From: Paraspadella gotoi
Taxonomy: Eukaryota > Animalia > Chaetognatha
Length of the DNA stretch: 64,000 nt
Assembly: GCA_051294375.1 (NCBI GenBank)
Contig: CM119268.1
Span: forward strand, 10,912,507 to 10,976,506
Reading direction: 5' to 3'
Part shown: positions 52,000-63,926 of the stretch, piece after piece
How the letters are laid out: the number at the start of each line of letters is the position of its first letter
How positions within the stretch are numbered: position 1 is the stretch's first letter
Notes under the pieces: model-generated
Databases searched by the model: none
Seen by the model: the letters and a program-made list of their open reading frames with translations, nothing else
What the model was told of the DNA's origin: nothing
Translations under genes and position numbers: made by a program

Positions 52000-52847
52000 C
52001 TGTCCAAGCCGGAGAGGGAGACGGGGGAGAGCGAGAGAGAGAGAGACGTTACGAGGAGAGATTAAGGGAGAGAGAGAGGAGGGGTGAGGAGAGAAGGAGG
52101 GAGGAAGAGTGGAGGAGGAGGAGGGAAGAAGAGAGGAGAAGGTCGGCTGGGGCGAGGCGACAGGGTTGATGAAACTAACCTTTAGATTTTTAAACAATGT
52201 AACGCGTTTTCTCTTCTTGTTCCGTTACTTTATTTGAATCGACGCTCGTCACTGCCACGAAATTTAGTATTTTTTTTTAAGTAGTCAATCGTCGTTTTGT
52301 ACCGTGTTTTAGTTCCATGACCCCTATATGTATACCGTTACTAGTTTGGCCATTAAAATTCAATGTTAGTATGAGCTTATTGTTTTTGTAATTTGTATTA
52401 TGAAACAGAGAGGCTGCTAATTTTGTATTAGTATTCAGAGATCAATGTTTTTCGTTTGTGCATTCTTCATAGCAGCAGATACAATTATGAAGTCCCGACG
52501 CTCGATGCAGTTTGTTTATTTTTATCTTAAATTTATTTTTATATTTGCTCTTTCCGGCCAAAAAAAAAAGAACTGGCAAGTTAAAGGAGTTGCACCACAC
52601 TGTCCAGTAATTTTAACCGATGATCCTAAAACCATATTTGTATAATTATATGGTTATTTAAATATAAAGTATGTATGATAATTAATTAATGATACTTTAC
52701 CTTTGTTAAGAATATAATAATTCTGTTATTTAATTTTTATTATATTTATTTTTTAATTTTATATATAAATATATGTTTAAATAGTTAAATGATTATAAAT
52801 ATTTAAAATATAAATAAAAATTAATTGATAAATAAATAAACAGAAGT

Positions 52848-52905
52848 ATCGACCGACCAAAAAGTGACTTAAAGTTGCTCCACGAATACTCGAGGCGAAA
52901 TAAAA
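52848..52905 (-). mobile_element. Second Helentron/HINE-like terminal fragment
   Basis: Reverse complement ttttatttcgcctcgagtattcgtggagcaactttaagtcactttttggtcggtcgata aligns with 15623-15690. Confidence 0.5.
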
Positions 52906-54720
52906 GTACGAAGCGGCGACGATGGATAAATTATTCGTCTCGACATCGTCTCACTCTCGCGATCGTGTCTCTCTCTCCGTTCTCGCGACTTCGTCTTTTG
53001 ATGTCGCGAGTCATTAAGCTCGTTTTGCGACTCAAGGACGCCGAGGCTGTTTCGCCTGTTTTTTTTTTTTGTTTTTTTTTTGTTTTTTGTTTTTTTCTGT
53101 CTCGCTCTCTTCCTCAATGCACACCCCTCACCCGCCCCCCCGTTTCGCCTTGACCCCTCCCATCGTTAATGTCTCTCTCTCGCTCTCTCTCACCCTGTGG
53201 CTCCGTAGGGACTATTTTCACGCAAACATACTAATATATATTCTTTTTATCGTCGCAAGCGCGAGCGGGGACGATGGTTCCCATAAATGGCGACGTTGTC
53301 GTCGTTCCAAATTATAGATCGCCTTTTTAGATGCTATATATTTTCGCTTCTTTCTCGCTCTCTCTCTCTCTTTTTCTTTCTTTCAATCTCTCTCTTTCTT
53401 TTTTATTATTAAAAAAAAATTGTGTTAATTTTTATTATTTTACCATTTTTTTACTTTTTTTTATCTATCTTTTATCTCTCATACATTCATTTCTTTAAAT
53501 TAAATTAAATTAAAATCGTTAAATTTATTTAATTCATTTCATTCTTTTAAATTTATTTATTCAATGCAATTTATTAATATCAATTCTTTTATTTATTTAA
53601 ATAAATTTAAATTTAATTCATTTATTCAATTTTTTTTATTCATCCAATTTATTTCATTTAATTCACATCATTCAATTCATTTAATTTTATTCATTCATTT
53701 TATTTATTTGATATATTAAGCCAAATTTCTTATATATTAAACTTAGTTTTCCTGTATCAAATTTTATTTTTTGAATATCAAAGTTTATGATTGGTCCAGA
53801 TTTTTATTTTATGCTATTGCAACGATCCTTATGCTTTTAAGAATTTTAGTGTTATATTCACTTATTGTCGTCGCTCTTCAAACACCTTATCTAACAGTCT
53901 AATGCGGCTGCATGATAATAAGTCAGCTCCTTTTGTAGCTCTTCCTTTCCTCCACCAAGTCCACCACGTCCTATGTCACCAAACTTGCCTGGGTTTAGAT
54001 ATTTTAAAAATTATTTTTTTTGTATTTTTTGTAAAATTTTTAAAAAGACCAGTGAATTTTTATTCCCCTCAAGCATCAATTATATTACATACACTTGGCG
54101 TCGATATCGTACGCCTCCCAAAAAACATCTGTAACATCATCTGTGACATCATCTGTAAGTGATGTTTGTCAGTTTGCTGCCCTCGTTCGTGAAGTGGTTT
54201 TTGTCTCGGGCAATCGTAGTGAACGTAGCAAAAATCACAATTCATGAGGCGAAACTTCTCGCTGCGTTTAAAAAAAAAAGTAGTTGAAATAGAATTAGAA
54301 TAATAATTATCGGGAAAAAAATAATTTTCCATCAGAAAAAATCTGTCATCGATGAAAAAAAAATCGCACGACACCCGATAATCAGCAACTTGGGGGCTTT
54401 TGTTTAAAAAAAAAATGGTTCCAATTGGAATTTAAAATTAACGGGCGGCGCTTAGAAAGATTTATTAATCGAGAGTTTTATAGGATTTACTAATTTCAAC
54501 CTCTTTCTACTACTACTACTTACTACTGGCAATAAAACAAGTTTGAGCAAACAATGCCGGATCTGTCCACGATCATTAGCGGTAAGCAGCTGATCAAATA
54601 ATTAAATAATTAATTAATGATGTTGTTGTTGTTATCGTTGGCGTTCCAAATTATAAATCGCCTTTTAGGAAACACGAAAGTTTTAATTGGTAATAACAAA
54701 GATTTTTATTAATTTAAAAT

Positions 54721-54918
54721 CGGACTTGTTTCGACTTCGAGTCTTCATCATCGTTTGAATCAGCAAACATTAATTTTGTGAGGGAGAGAGAGAGAGTGAG
54801 AGTTTCCAACAAAGATTTGAGAAAAGGGTAGTGGTCAGATGTGAGGACAGGTGAAGATGAGGACAGGGAAGGAGAGGGTGAGTAAATTTGACAATGGTGA
54901 AAGAGAGAGAGAGAGAGT
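54721..54918 (-). mobile_element. Solo pLTR-like fragment of a Penelope-like element with a degenerate hammerhead motif
   Basis: Shares TCCTCACATCTGACCAC and flanking CT-rich sequence with 56060-56260. Ends in (A)TGATGA-A-GACT-cga-AGTC-GAAAC-aa-GTC. Confidence 0.6.
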
Positions 54919-55540
54919 GAAAAATCATTACATATGGAATATATTCGTGTCAAAATCGTTTTCCACTTTGTTTCGCCTCTCAATCACATAACAACAATCT
55001 TGATCACAATATTAATTAATTATTAATTTATTATAAATTAATGCAGCTTGAATTTACATTTAATATAAAAAGAATCATAATCAAATTAATGGATAATTTC
55101 CGGCTCAATCATACACTATCCTACCAACATGCATAATTTTAAGTCAGTCACCCCATCCACTCATAAGTAATTGGCGTTCAAAACTAACTGGGGATGGATT
55201 GACAGACGGACATCAATTTTCTTGCGCATATTATCAAAATTTGACTTGCCGACAAGATTTTGAGGTGGGACCGATGGACCGACAATGTGAATTATAGCGC
55301 CGGAATCTGCTGTATGCAGTAATGGAGCACTGGGGAACAGAGATTTTATTTGAGTGAAAAAGGATATTTAAACGTGAGATAGTATGATCAACATATATAA
55401 AAAATATTTTGCTTATATCGTTTGGGGAACAGTATCACTAATTACAATATATTTATATTGTGTATAGACTTTCTTTTTTGGTTTTATATTTAGGAAAAAT
55501 GTTTTTGAATTTGAAAACGAAAGTTTTATAAACAATAGTA

Positions 55541-56258
55541 CATGTTTCGATTCTTACGGCTTTAGAGTCTGCCGAGCTTGAGCAGGTCAAAAGAGCCTTG
55601 GCGATCAATGGTTACCCTCTGTGGGCTTACTAGAAGGCCAGATTCCGGCTGAACCAGGCTGAGGGCAGTGGCCACCAAGGGGATGCCCAAGTAGCCGCTA
55701 ACGCAGGTTCAACCTCCGCCCCCCAGGAGGAAGAACGAGGCCTTGCTGCTGAAGGACCAACCGCGCCCACCACAGCGCAAGTGGGAGATGAGCAGAAGCG
55801 CCTCAAAACGTGGGTCAGGTCTCCCTCCCCTGGGGATTACTGAGACTCTGGTGCGGGTGCTGGCAAAGCAGGGGTTCTCCAGCTCAGTGACGACCCGCAG
55901 TTCTCTCCGTGAGCATTTGGTGAAACCGAAAGACAAAATCCCCAGAACGAAAACATCAGGAGCCGTCTATTGTGCGGCCTGGGTAGGCAAGGGCAACCAA
56001 CCATGCACAGCAGCATACGTGGGCGAGACAGGCAAATATCTAGCAGATCGGTTCAAGCAGTCTCTCTCTATCTTCATTTTTCACAAACTTCTTCTTCCCT
56101 TTCCTTACCTTCAACTCTCCTCACATCTGACCACAATCCCTCATCCAATTCTTTGTTCGTCGTCGTCTCTCTCTCTCTCTAACTCAACTTTCACAGAGAT
56201 AAAATTGTCGAAAATCACTTGCTGATGAAGACTCTAAAGCTATAAGAGTCGAAACATG
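55541..56258 (+). mobile_element. 5'-truncated, degenerate Penelope-like retroelement (RT C-terminus plus GIY-YIG endonuclease remnant)
   Basis: ELEQVKRALAINGYP at ~55574, then LVKPKDKIP...SGAVY...C..AYVGETGKYLADRF (PLE GIY-YIG pattern), with an in-frame stop after NGYP. Hammerhead motif at the 3' end. 29-nt inverted repeat at both ends (55541-55569 / 56230-56258, 26 of 29 matching). Confidence 0.85.
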
Positions 56259-56265
56259 ATTAATA
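56215..56265 (+). ncRNA. Type I minimal hammerhead ribozyme motif (PLE-associated, possibly degenerate)
   Basis: CTGATGA (56222-56228), A, stem II GACTCT/AGAGTC with a 9-nt loop, then GAAAC-ATG. The cleavage triplet and stem I look mutated. Confidence 0.6.
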
Positions 56266-56872
56266 CAATTTTCGTTGTCAAATTCAAACACTGTTTTTGC
56301 CTCAATATATTTATAATAATATCCTTATAAAATAATAAATTTTTCAAAAATTGTTTTTAGTTTTTATTAAAGATTCTGATTCTTCATAAGAAATTATATC
56401 AAAAATATAAAATGTTATTTTAAAATTTTAATGTCTTAAGCGTCTAAAATGGAAATAAAGGTTAAAATTCTCTACTTTTTCATGCTCTGTCGTAGAAACT
56501 ATATGACGAAACGTTTTAGTCATTTTTCGCAGCTTTAACCTAAAAATATCATAAAACATATTTTACAAAAGTTTAGTTTAGATATTACTACCAAAAAAAA
56601 TTCAATTTATGATACTGTTATGCAAAATTGTTTTGAAAAAGGGCTTTTAAAATGATTTTTATTACATGTACAAAGGCATTAAAAAAACATTGTTCCATCG
56701 CTCCGATTAAAAAAAAACGACTTTCGTTGTTTTTTAAGCAGGGAATTCTTTCGTAGTAGAAAATTTCTTCTTCGTTCCTAACGGCGATGATATTTGGGTG
56801 TCTTTTGTTTTTAGAATAAGAATCGATTCAAAAAACAACTCGCGTTTAACCTCATGTTTTTTTTTCTTTCAG

Positions 56873-56984
56873 AATCCGGATTTTGTGACAGGGGTCGAGG
56901 TTCTACTACGTCCGCGACAGAGTCTGATCCACCAGGACTCAACAATAGAATAAACAGACGTTTGCGGAGAGACTTGACCACGAG
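56873..56984 (+). CDS. PXDN: Peroxidasin exon with a furin-type site
   Basis: tttcag|AA...AG|gtaatt. Phase 1 matches the 50618 donor. ESGFCDRGRGSTTSATESDPPGLNNRINRRLRRDLTT; RLRR sits where vertebrate PXDN has its proprotein-convertase site. Confidence 0.8.
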
Positions 56985-57329
56985 GTAATTTATTGACTTA
57001 GATGATTGGCATTTGATGCAATCATTGCGCCGCTGGTGGTCTTTGCCCGTTTTAAATGCGTTTTTGGTTCAACATTTTCGGGGAAAGTGGTGGGGGATTT
57101 CGGGGAAATACAAAAATTATTTTTCTCATATTGTTTGAGGAACAGTATCATAAAATACAATTTATCTATAGTAATATCCTTATAAAATATTAAGGTATTT
57201 TAGTAGTTCATTACATATACAAGGGCAATAAAAAAACATTGTTCAATCGCTGAATCTTTTCATCGCTCACCCTTGTGCGGGTGGCACAACGAAACATTTA
57301 GAAAATTTGGTTCTTATGGTTCCAAGTAG

Positions 57330-57630
57330 TTTTCCCCACCCAATCTTCTGTTCCCACAAATCTTCTTTTCCCTCCAATCTTCTTTCCCCATCTTCTTTTC
57401 CCATCTTCTTTTCCCCCTATCTTCTTCACCCCATTCTTTTTCCCCCTATCCTCTTCCCCTCCATTCCTTTCCCCTATCCTCTTCCCCCCATTCCTTTTCC
57501 CCCTATCCTCTTCCCCCCCATTCCTTTTCCCCCCTATCTCTTTCTCCTTTACCTTCTTTCTTCTGTTCCACTCTCCCCTTTTCCATTTCCCGCCCTTCTT
57601 CCCCCCCCCGACTCTCTCCACACTCCCCCA
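57330..57630. repeat. Polypyrimidine degenerate tandem repeat (about 27-28 bp, CCCCATTCCTTTTCCCCCTATCCTCTT)
   Basis: Directly visible. G-run rich on the minus strand. Confidence 0.8.
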
Positions 57631-57636
57631 CCCCAG

Positions 57637-58126
57637 GTACTCCGCCCACCCCAAGCCCCCTCTCCACCATCGAATCCGAGAAACCCCCGCCGACGCCCCA
57701 AACGCCAACGAGTTTATCTCGGCGAGAAAGTCCCCGCCTCGGCAAAGACAATGGCGAAGCCTCGGCCGACGAATTCGGAAAAGAGAGGAAAGATTCCGGC
57801 TTCAACGCCATTAACGAAAACATTGGAACTCGCGATGGATGGAACGACGACCAAGTCTTTGACTTTCCCTTGGAAGAGAACGTCGGCGATCCCTCCGACT
57901 CTCCTCTCCCTCGACGCTCGCCACGGAGTCACGTGACTGAGGATAATCACGTGACTTTCGGGTTTCGGAACGGGCGAAACTCTTCCTCCGACGCCGGACG
58001 GAACGAAGCCGAGACCGGACGAATTTCCGGAGGTCTGCCGGATGGTCGGCCGGACGAAGGAACCGGATTGACCCGCGGACGGGAGGAAGACGCCGCCGCT
58101 GTGGAGAGACAACGCGGCTCCGCTGG

Positions 58127-58157
<31 letters not shown>

Positions 58158-58246
58158 CTTCAGTCGTCGTCGTCGTCTTTTTGGAAAATCGATTCGGATT
58201 TGCATCGGGATCCAGTTTCTTTTCCCAACGACATCGATTCGTGCAA
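57637..58246 (+). CDS. PXDN: Probable peroxidasin linker exon (about 200 aa, Pro/acidic/Ala-rich)
   Basis: ccccag| acceptor and AA|GTAAGC donor. One frame is open throughout (TPPTPSPLSTIESEKPPPTPQ...LEENVGDPSDSP...AAAAAAAALQ...DIDSC). Junction phases need an alternative acceptor (57656) or an indel. Confidence 0.6.
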
Positions 58247-58461
58247 GTAAGCGGAATTTCGGCCGGGGGGATGGGTTGGGAGGAGGGGGAGAGCAGGTGG
58301 GTGGGGGCGTAGGGATTTGGTCTCGAATGAACGTGTTGTGACACGAGTTTAACAGGGCGGAACCAAGAGACGACGGAATCGTGTGTGTGCCGCGGCGAAA
58401 GATCGAGGCGTTTGAGGGTGGGGGGGATTCTGTGTAAAGAGAGAGAAGGGAGGCTGTAAGA

Positions 58462-58509
<48 letters not shown>

Positions 58510-59005
58510 CGAAAGGCGTGGAAAACCTTTGGAGAGACGGTTGTTTAGCGATTCAAATGCGATGGCCTCTTCTTCCCACCGATTGACTCTGAGAGCCTCG
58601 TCGAGAACGGCGACCCGACGATGGCCGTCCGGGGTTAACGTTTTCAATGTTTATACTTAAAGGTTTGCGTTGGGGAAGAAAAAGAAATTTTTGTACATAT
58701 ATATGTTTTATATATTTATGCAATTTTATGTTATCTTTACTCGGTTCGTAATTGAATTCTTATTAGTCAGTTATTATACATTTTTCTTTTTAGAGAAAAA
58801 AATGTAATCGTTATCGGCTTTTTCACTCATTCATAATTGGTTTATGCATTTCTCAATTTTTATTTTATAAAAAACTACGATTGTCTCAACTCAAGTTTTA
58901 AATTGTTTAAATTCAAAAAACTCTGACCCGTGGCCTGTTCTTACTTACTTTTTTCTTCCTATGAGGACTTCCTCGCTCATTAAGATTTTATTGCCTTTTA
59001 ATCAG

Positions 59006-59086
59006 GACTTGATGGAAACCCGGCTGGAAGGGGTCGAGGTGGTGATGTTTCAGCTGCGCAACCTTGTCGTCAATCTACAGGATCAG
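59006..59086 (+). CDS. PXDN: Peroxidasin coiled-coil exon
   Basis: atcag|GAC...CAG|gtga. DLMETRLEGVEVVMFQLRNLVVNLQDQ, a heptad pattern like the amphipathic helix before the VWC domain. An in-frame upstream acceptor at 58966 is also possible. Confidence 0.8.
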
Positions 59087-59162
59087 GTGATTGCTTTTTC
59101 TTTTATTGCGGTCAAGGTCAGGGACAGATAAAATTCGTCAATCGTTTTGCGTTGAATATTGT

Positions 59163-59196
<34 letters not shown>

Positions 59197-59531
59197 CACG
59201 CGCGCGAATCAAAGAGATAAGGAAAGGAAGATAAAGAGATAGGGAGATAGAGATAATGAGAGTGAGCGATCGATAGTTATATCAATAGCTGTTGAGGCTA
59301 AGACAAACAAAATATAAATGAAAGTTAAAAAGTGAAGGTAAACATGTCGGGTCACCCTGCTTTTCTTTGAACAACAGCGTGAGGATGGAACGAAAGAAAG
59401 AACACCTTCCCATTCCCCTTCCTTTCTGTTCCCCCTCCTTTCTGTCCCCGTTCCTTTGTCCCCCTCCTTTCTCCCGAGGGATTAAACTAGCGACTAAGAA
59501 TAGCTTTTCTCTCTCTCTCTCTCTCTTCTCT

Positions 59532-59576
<45 letters not shown>

Positions 59577-60009
59577 ATAAACTTTAAATCAAAACGAGCA
59601 ACATTTCAAGGGCGACGAACTCTTAGTCTTACTTGCGAAACCTTTTTTTTTTACTAAAATCGATGAGGTTGAAGAAGAGAAAATAATTCGTCACCCTTCT
59701 GAGACAACATCGATGGCTGAATTAATCCTAACCTCCTACTGACCCGCGCCATTGTGGGCCTTCCCTTCTTTCCTCCTCGGGCGTCTGTTGATGTCTTCTT
59801 TCCCTCTCAACCCCTTTGTTGTCCGAACTTCTTTTCAGCTTTCACTCATCGCCTTGACGATAAGTAGTAAATCATGCTATCAATTAATTTAAAATATATA
59901 CACTTAACCATTATCTCGCTTATCCCTGTCCTTTTCTTTTACTTGCCGACGCAGTTGTTTTACTCTATGCTTTACTACTGCTTGTTTACCTTGTCGCCAT
60001 TGTTCGCTT

Positions 60010-60195
60010 TACGCTCAGTAACAAGACATATCATCGTCCCTGAAGCGGCCATGTTTTCAACAGGGCGCTCAACACCAAGTGTCCAGAGCTTTTAGATCTG
60101 GCGGCGCGGTAACCGGGTCCATCGTACTTTTTAATGACAATCTCAGGTCCGACCAGGGACGCACGATGCTGCAATAGACCACTGAGCCACTCCAA
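60010..60195 (-). mobile_element. Possible degenerate tRNA-derived SINE
   Basis: A box TGGCTCAGTGG on the minus strand (~60179-60189) and a weak B-box-like GGTCGGACC about 35 nt downstream. Confidence 0.3.
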
Positions 60196-61113
60196 AGAAA
60201 ACGGTTTAATTTCGTCAGTGGTGATAGCGTGTGATAACGGCCTCACTAGGGTTGAAGTGAAAGTTTGGAATCAAAATTGCAGTTATATCTTAAAACTATC
60301 ATATTAGTTATCTGCTAGTCTTTTTTGTTTTTTTTTAATTCTGAAAACAGAATCAGATTGAAAATATATAAATCTTAAGCGGGGTATTATTGCAAGCGTG
60401 AAGAAATTAGAGGGAAAATGACTGGTATATTTCGTGAAGAGTAGAAAACGAGAGAATGTATCGCTAGACAAAATATAACTCGAGGGCAGGAGGAGAAGAA
60501 AGAAAGAGGAAGAGGAAGAGTAGAATTGGACGGCAGGCTAAATCCTCCTCTGTAAATATTTTTTTAAAAATAAAGTAGGTTAAAAATACAAAAAAAATCT
60601 ATTTTTATGCTGGAAATTAAAAATAGTTTTAAATAGTTTTTTTATATTTTTGACCAACTTAATAAAATAATTTTTAAAAAAGAATTATAAATTCTTATGT
60701 CAATCCAAATGCGATCATAAAATTTAAAAAATTGCATTTTAAAATTTTAGCCTTTTATATATTTATATTATATATAAATATAGCTCACTGGTGCCCACAA
60801 ATGTATAAAATTAAAAAAATAAATTTACCCAAGTCTTTTTATTGGTTTTTATTTTCATGTTTTATATGCTAAATATTAATTTTCTAGAATTTTATCATTT
60901 TCACATCACTCTATGCCTCACGCTCACCCTAAAAACCTTTCAATAACCATCCAGTCTTGATCCTTCCCTCTCTCTTTTCTCTCTTCCCTGATGGTGCGAT
61001 TTGCCCTCTCCTCCTCCTCTTCCTCCCCTCCCCCTCTTCCTCCCCCTCCTCTTCCTCCTCGGGCCAAGATTTTGCTCAACATTTTTTTTCTTCACGTTTA
61101 TTACTAATATTAG

Positions 61114-61333
61114 ATGTCGGCCCTGGAGACTCGACTCAGGCGACAAGACGAGATTCTGTCGGCCCACGGGCTGTCGTCTCGCCCCACCGCGGCGGCCATC
61201 GATCCCGCCGACCGCCCCTCCGACCCGCCCGCCGTCCTGCCCGCTCCCATTTTCGACACGCCGTCGTCCTCGAGCGGGACGAGGGGATCGGAGCCATTAG
61301 TCACGCCCACTCCGACGAACCTCTCGACTCAAG
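61114..61333 (+). CDS. PXDN: Peroxidasin exon (end of coiled coil plus Pro/Ser/Thr linker)
   Basis: Branch motif ctaat plus tag|ATG...G|gttggt. MSALETRLRRQDEIL...TPTNLSTQ. Phase 0 in and phase 1 out, matching its neighbours. Confidence 0.8.
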
Positions 61334-61617
61334 GTTGGTAGATGGGGGGGGTTGTTGCACATCCCCCTTTCCCTCCCGCTTCCTCCACTCAATGCCACTG
61401 TGTCTAATCCTCTTTTCTCCTTTCACCACTGTGACTAATCCTCTTTTTATATTCACCTGAGTTGCCGGGAAGGGGGATCGTGATCGCAAGAGAAGGGAGT
61501 GAGAGAGGATGAAGAAGGCGGGGGGCAATATGAGAGTGAAAGGGGAGAGGTTTCATCCAATTTGCGGATCGATAGTCAGAACGATTTGGAGATTTCGCCT
61601 TAAAAAAAAAGGATTTG

Positions 61618-61661
<44 letters not shown>

Positions 61662-62102
61662 TGGAAAGGTGAGGTCTCGAGATTGGATTGAAAGTAATGG
61701 AGCGGAAGAATTGGATGTTTAAGACTTAAAGGGTTGTAACAAATTGAATATATACGAAATGATTGCTTTGATGGAAGTCTACTTAAATACTTCAAAAACT
61801 CGCGTCGTTACTATCTTCTACAACGGATTATGGCCTCATTCACCATAGCCTGTCCTAAATAGGGGGGGCAAGATTTTTTTTATCAATAATCAATAATTAG
61901 CCCAATTATTTATTGCGTTTGTTTTAAATGTTAAAGCGATAAACGACCAGAAAATCGGTTACAAGAACCTCCTTTCCAAATTTTCTATTTACTCTTTATC
62001 TTGACTTCTGGCCAAAATTTCCTCACAAAACGTCATTCACTTCTTGCGCGCTCTTTTAAAAAAATATGTTAGGATGAGAGGAGAGAGATGAGAGGAGAGA
62101 GA

Positions 62103-62133
<31 letters not shown>

Positions 62134-62535
62134 TATACGCGACTTTTAGCTTTCAACATCTCGCGAACAAATTGAAGGAAGCCTCTTTTTTTCCCCTTAC
62201 GACGTCGTAACCTCTCGACGCCCTTCATTGAATTCATTCTCCTCTTCTCTCTCTCTCTCTCTCTTCCTCTCTCTCTCTCTCTCTCTACGGTCCTCTAGCG
62301 TCCTTGAGCGTTTTAGGATTGCATATAAAGCTTTAGTTTTATCAGACGCGTTAGTATTATAACGTAATAAATTAGTGGAGCTTTGTTTACGAAAAACACA
62401 TCCGTTTTATATTTCGTGATTTGCTCTGACAGGACGTCCTCTTTCTTCCCATCTTTCGAATACCCCCGTTGGGAAATCTGCTCAACTCTCTCACCCCTCA
62501 CCGCCTGGTTCGTTGTCGTTATCCTCCTTCTCAAG

Positions 62536-62792
62536 GAAGACCTTGTCTTATTTACGACCCTTCAGGGAAACTCGTTTCATCGACAGCGAAAAACAGAGAG
62601 GAGAATTCATCTCGCGACGCGCCGGCCGCCGCAGCCGAAGCCGCCGCGGCGCCGCCCGTCACGCCCTCCGTCCCTGTCGCCACCCCGGTCGACGCGGGAA
62701 AGCGTCGGCGTCCCTGCGTCGGCAAGCGGGGAAAACTACATCCTGACGGTTCGAGGTGGAAAGGCAGCAAGTGTAAAATGTGCTTTTGTCAG
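62536..62792 (+). CDS. PXDN: Peroxidasin exon, first half of the VWC domain
   Basis: tcaag|GA...CAG|gtgagg. Ends CVGKRGKLHPDGSRWKGSKCKMCFCQ (VWC C...W....CxxCxC pattern). Confidence 0.88.
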
Positions 62793-63926
62793 GTGAGGAA
62801 TAGATTGACTGGCGGGAAAACGAGGTTTTCATTGGGACCGACCGTCAGAGCCGGGGGGGAGTTGCGAGTTGAAAAAAAAAAAATTGTTTGTTCAGAGGAG
62901 TGTTAAGTTTATCAGTTTACTTCATAGGTCGTCGCTAAAAACTTGTGGAGAGACATTATGAATTTGATAATTCAAGGTACAATTGTTGACCCAATAAGGA
63001 AATTAATTTTCTGGGTTAATTGAAAGAGGCAAAATGATTAAATGAACTTAAGAAATGAAATTTACTAAACCGTTAGCAACTAATACTTACAAGGAGTCAA
63101 AACCTGGTTTTTTTCCGTCTCATAACTAAGAACCTTTCCTCCACCATCCATGCCACGGTCTTTTGACTTTCCGTCGTCTCTCACGTGTCACTTGGGTTGA
63201 AAAGGCTGTGAAGAACTGTCCATTCCCGAGCGACTCGCCGGTTGTGGGAAAGGAAGCCATTTGAGTGAACTTTCACGAAGCCATTTTCACCGGCTCGGGG
63301 TTTTCGTCCGTTCGTCCTGTGAAGATTTCCTACCGTCGCTATCGGGTCATTTGAGTCAACGTTAACGGTCGATCAGGGGCGAAAGTTTTCGGTGTGATTA
63401 ATCTTTGTCGTCGTCCATCGTCGTCGTCGTAGACATAATTGACGTCGCCGGAGAAATTGAGGCGGTATTTAAATTTGGGGGGCTTAGGGGTCGAATCTTG
63501 GGTCAAATGTGACCTTGGAAACCGATGAGTCATGACGCCGAGAGTGAAAGAACTAAATTGTTAGATACTCAGTCTGTACGCCAATTTTCGGGAAAATCAC
63601 TAACGAAATTGGGTGAAGCAACCGGGTCAAGAAAGGGGAGGGGAATAGAAAATGATAGGAAGGAAAATTTAGGGAGGAATGGGGGGGGGAAAGAATGATA
63701 AAAGGGAATGTGTGAAAAGGCAGAGATTCTTTTCTGTAATACTAATAGCGTTTTTGTCCGGACGATGCTTCCGGCTTTAAAGATGCTTTTTCATGTTGTA
63801 TGGTTTTTGCTGGAGCGAGCGCGACTTTGCGAGTTATTATTCTATATAAAAACATAAATTAGATTTATGGAAATTATTAACATATTTTTTAAAAACGTAG
63901 TAATGATAAAATAATCTTTTTAACAG

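Noticed and set aside
51240-52169. 309-aa and 199-aa + strand ORFs as peroxidasin exons
   Set aside because: Mostly pyrimidine-rich or GA-rich low complexity; the good splice signals are on the minus strand.
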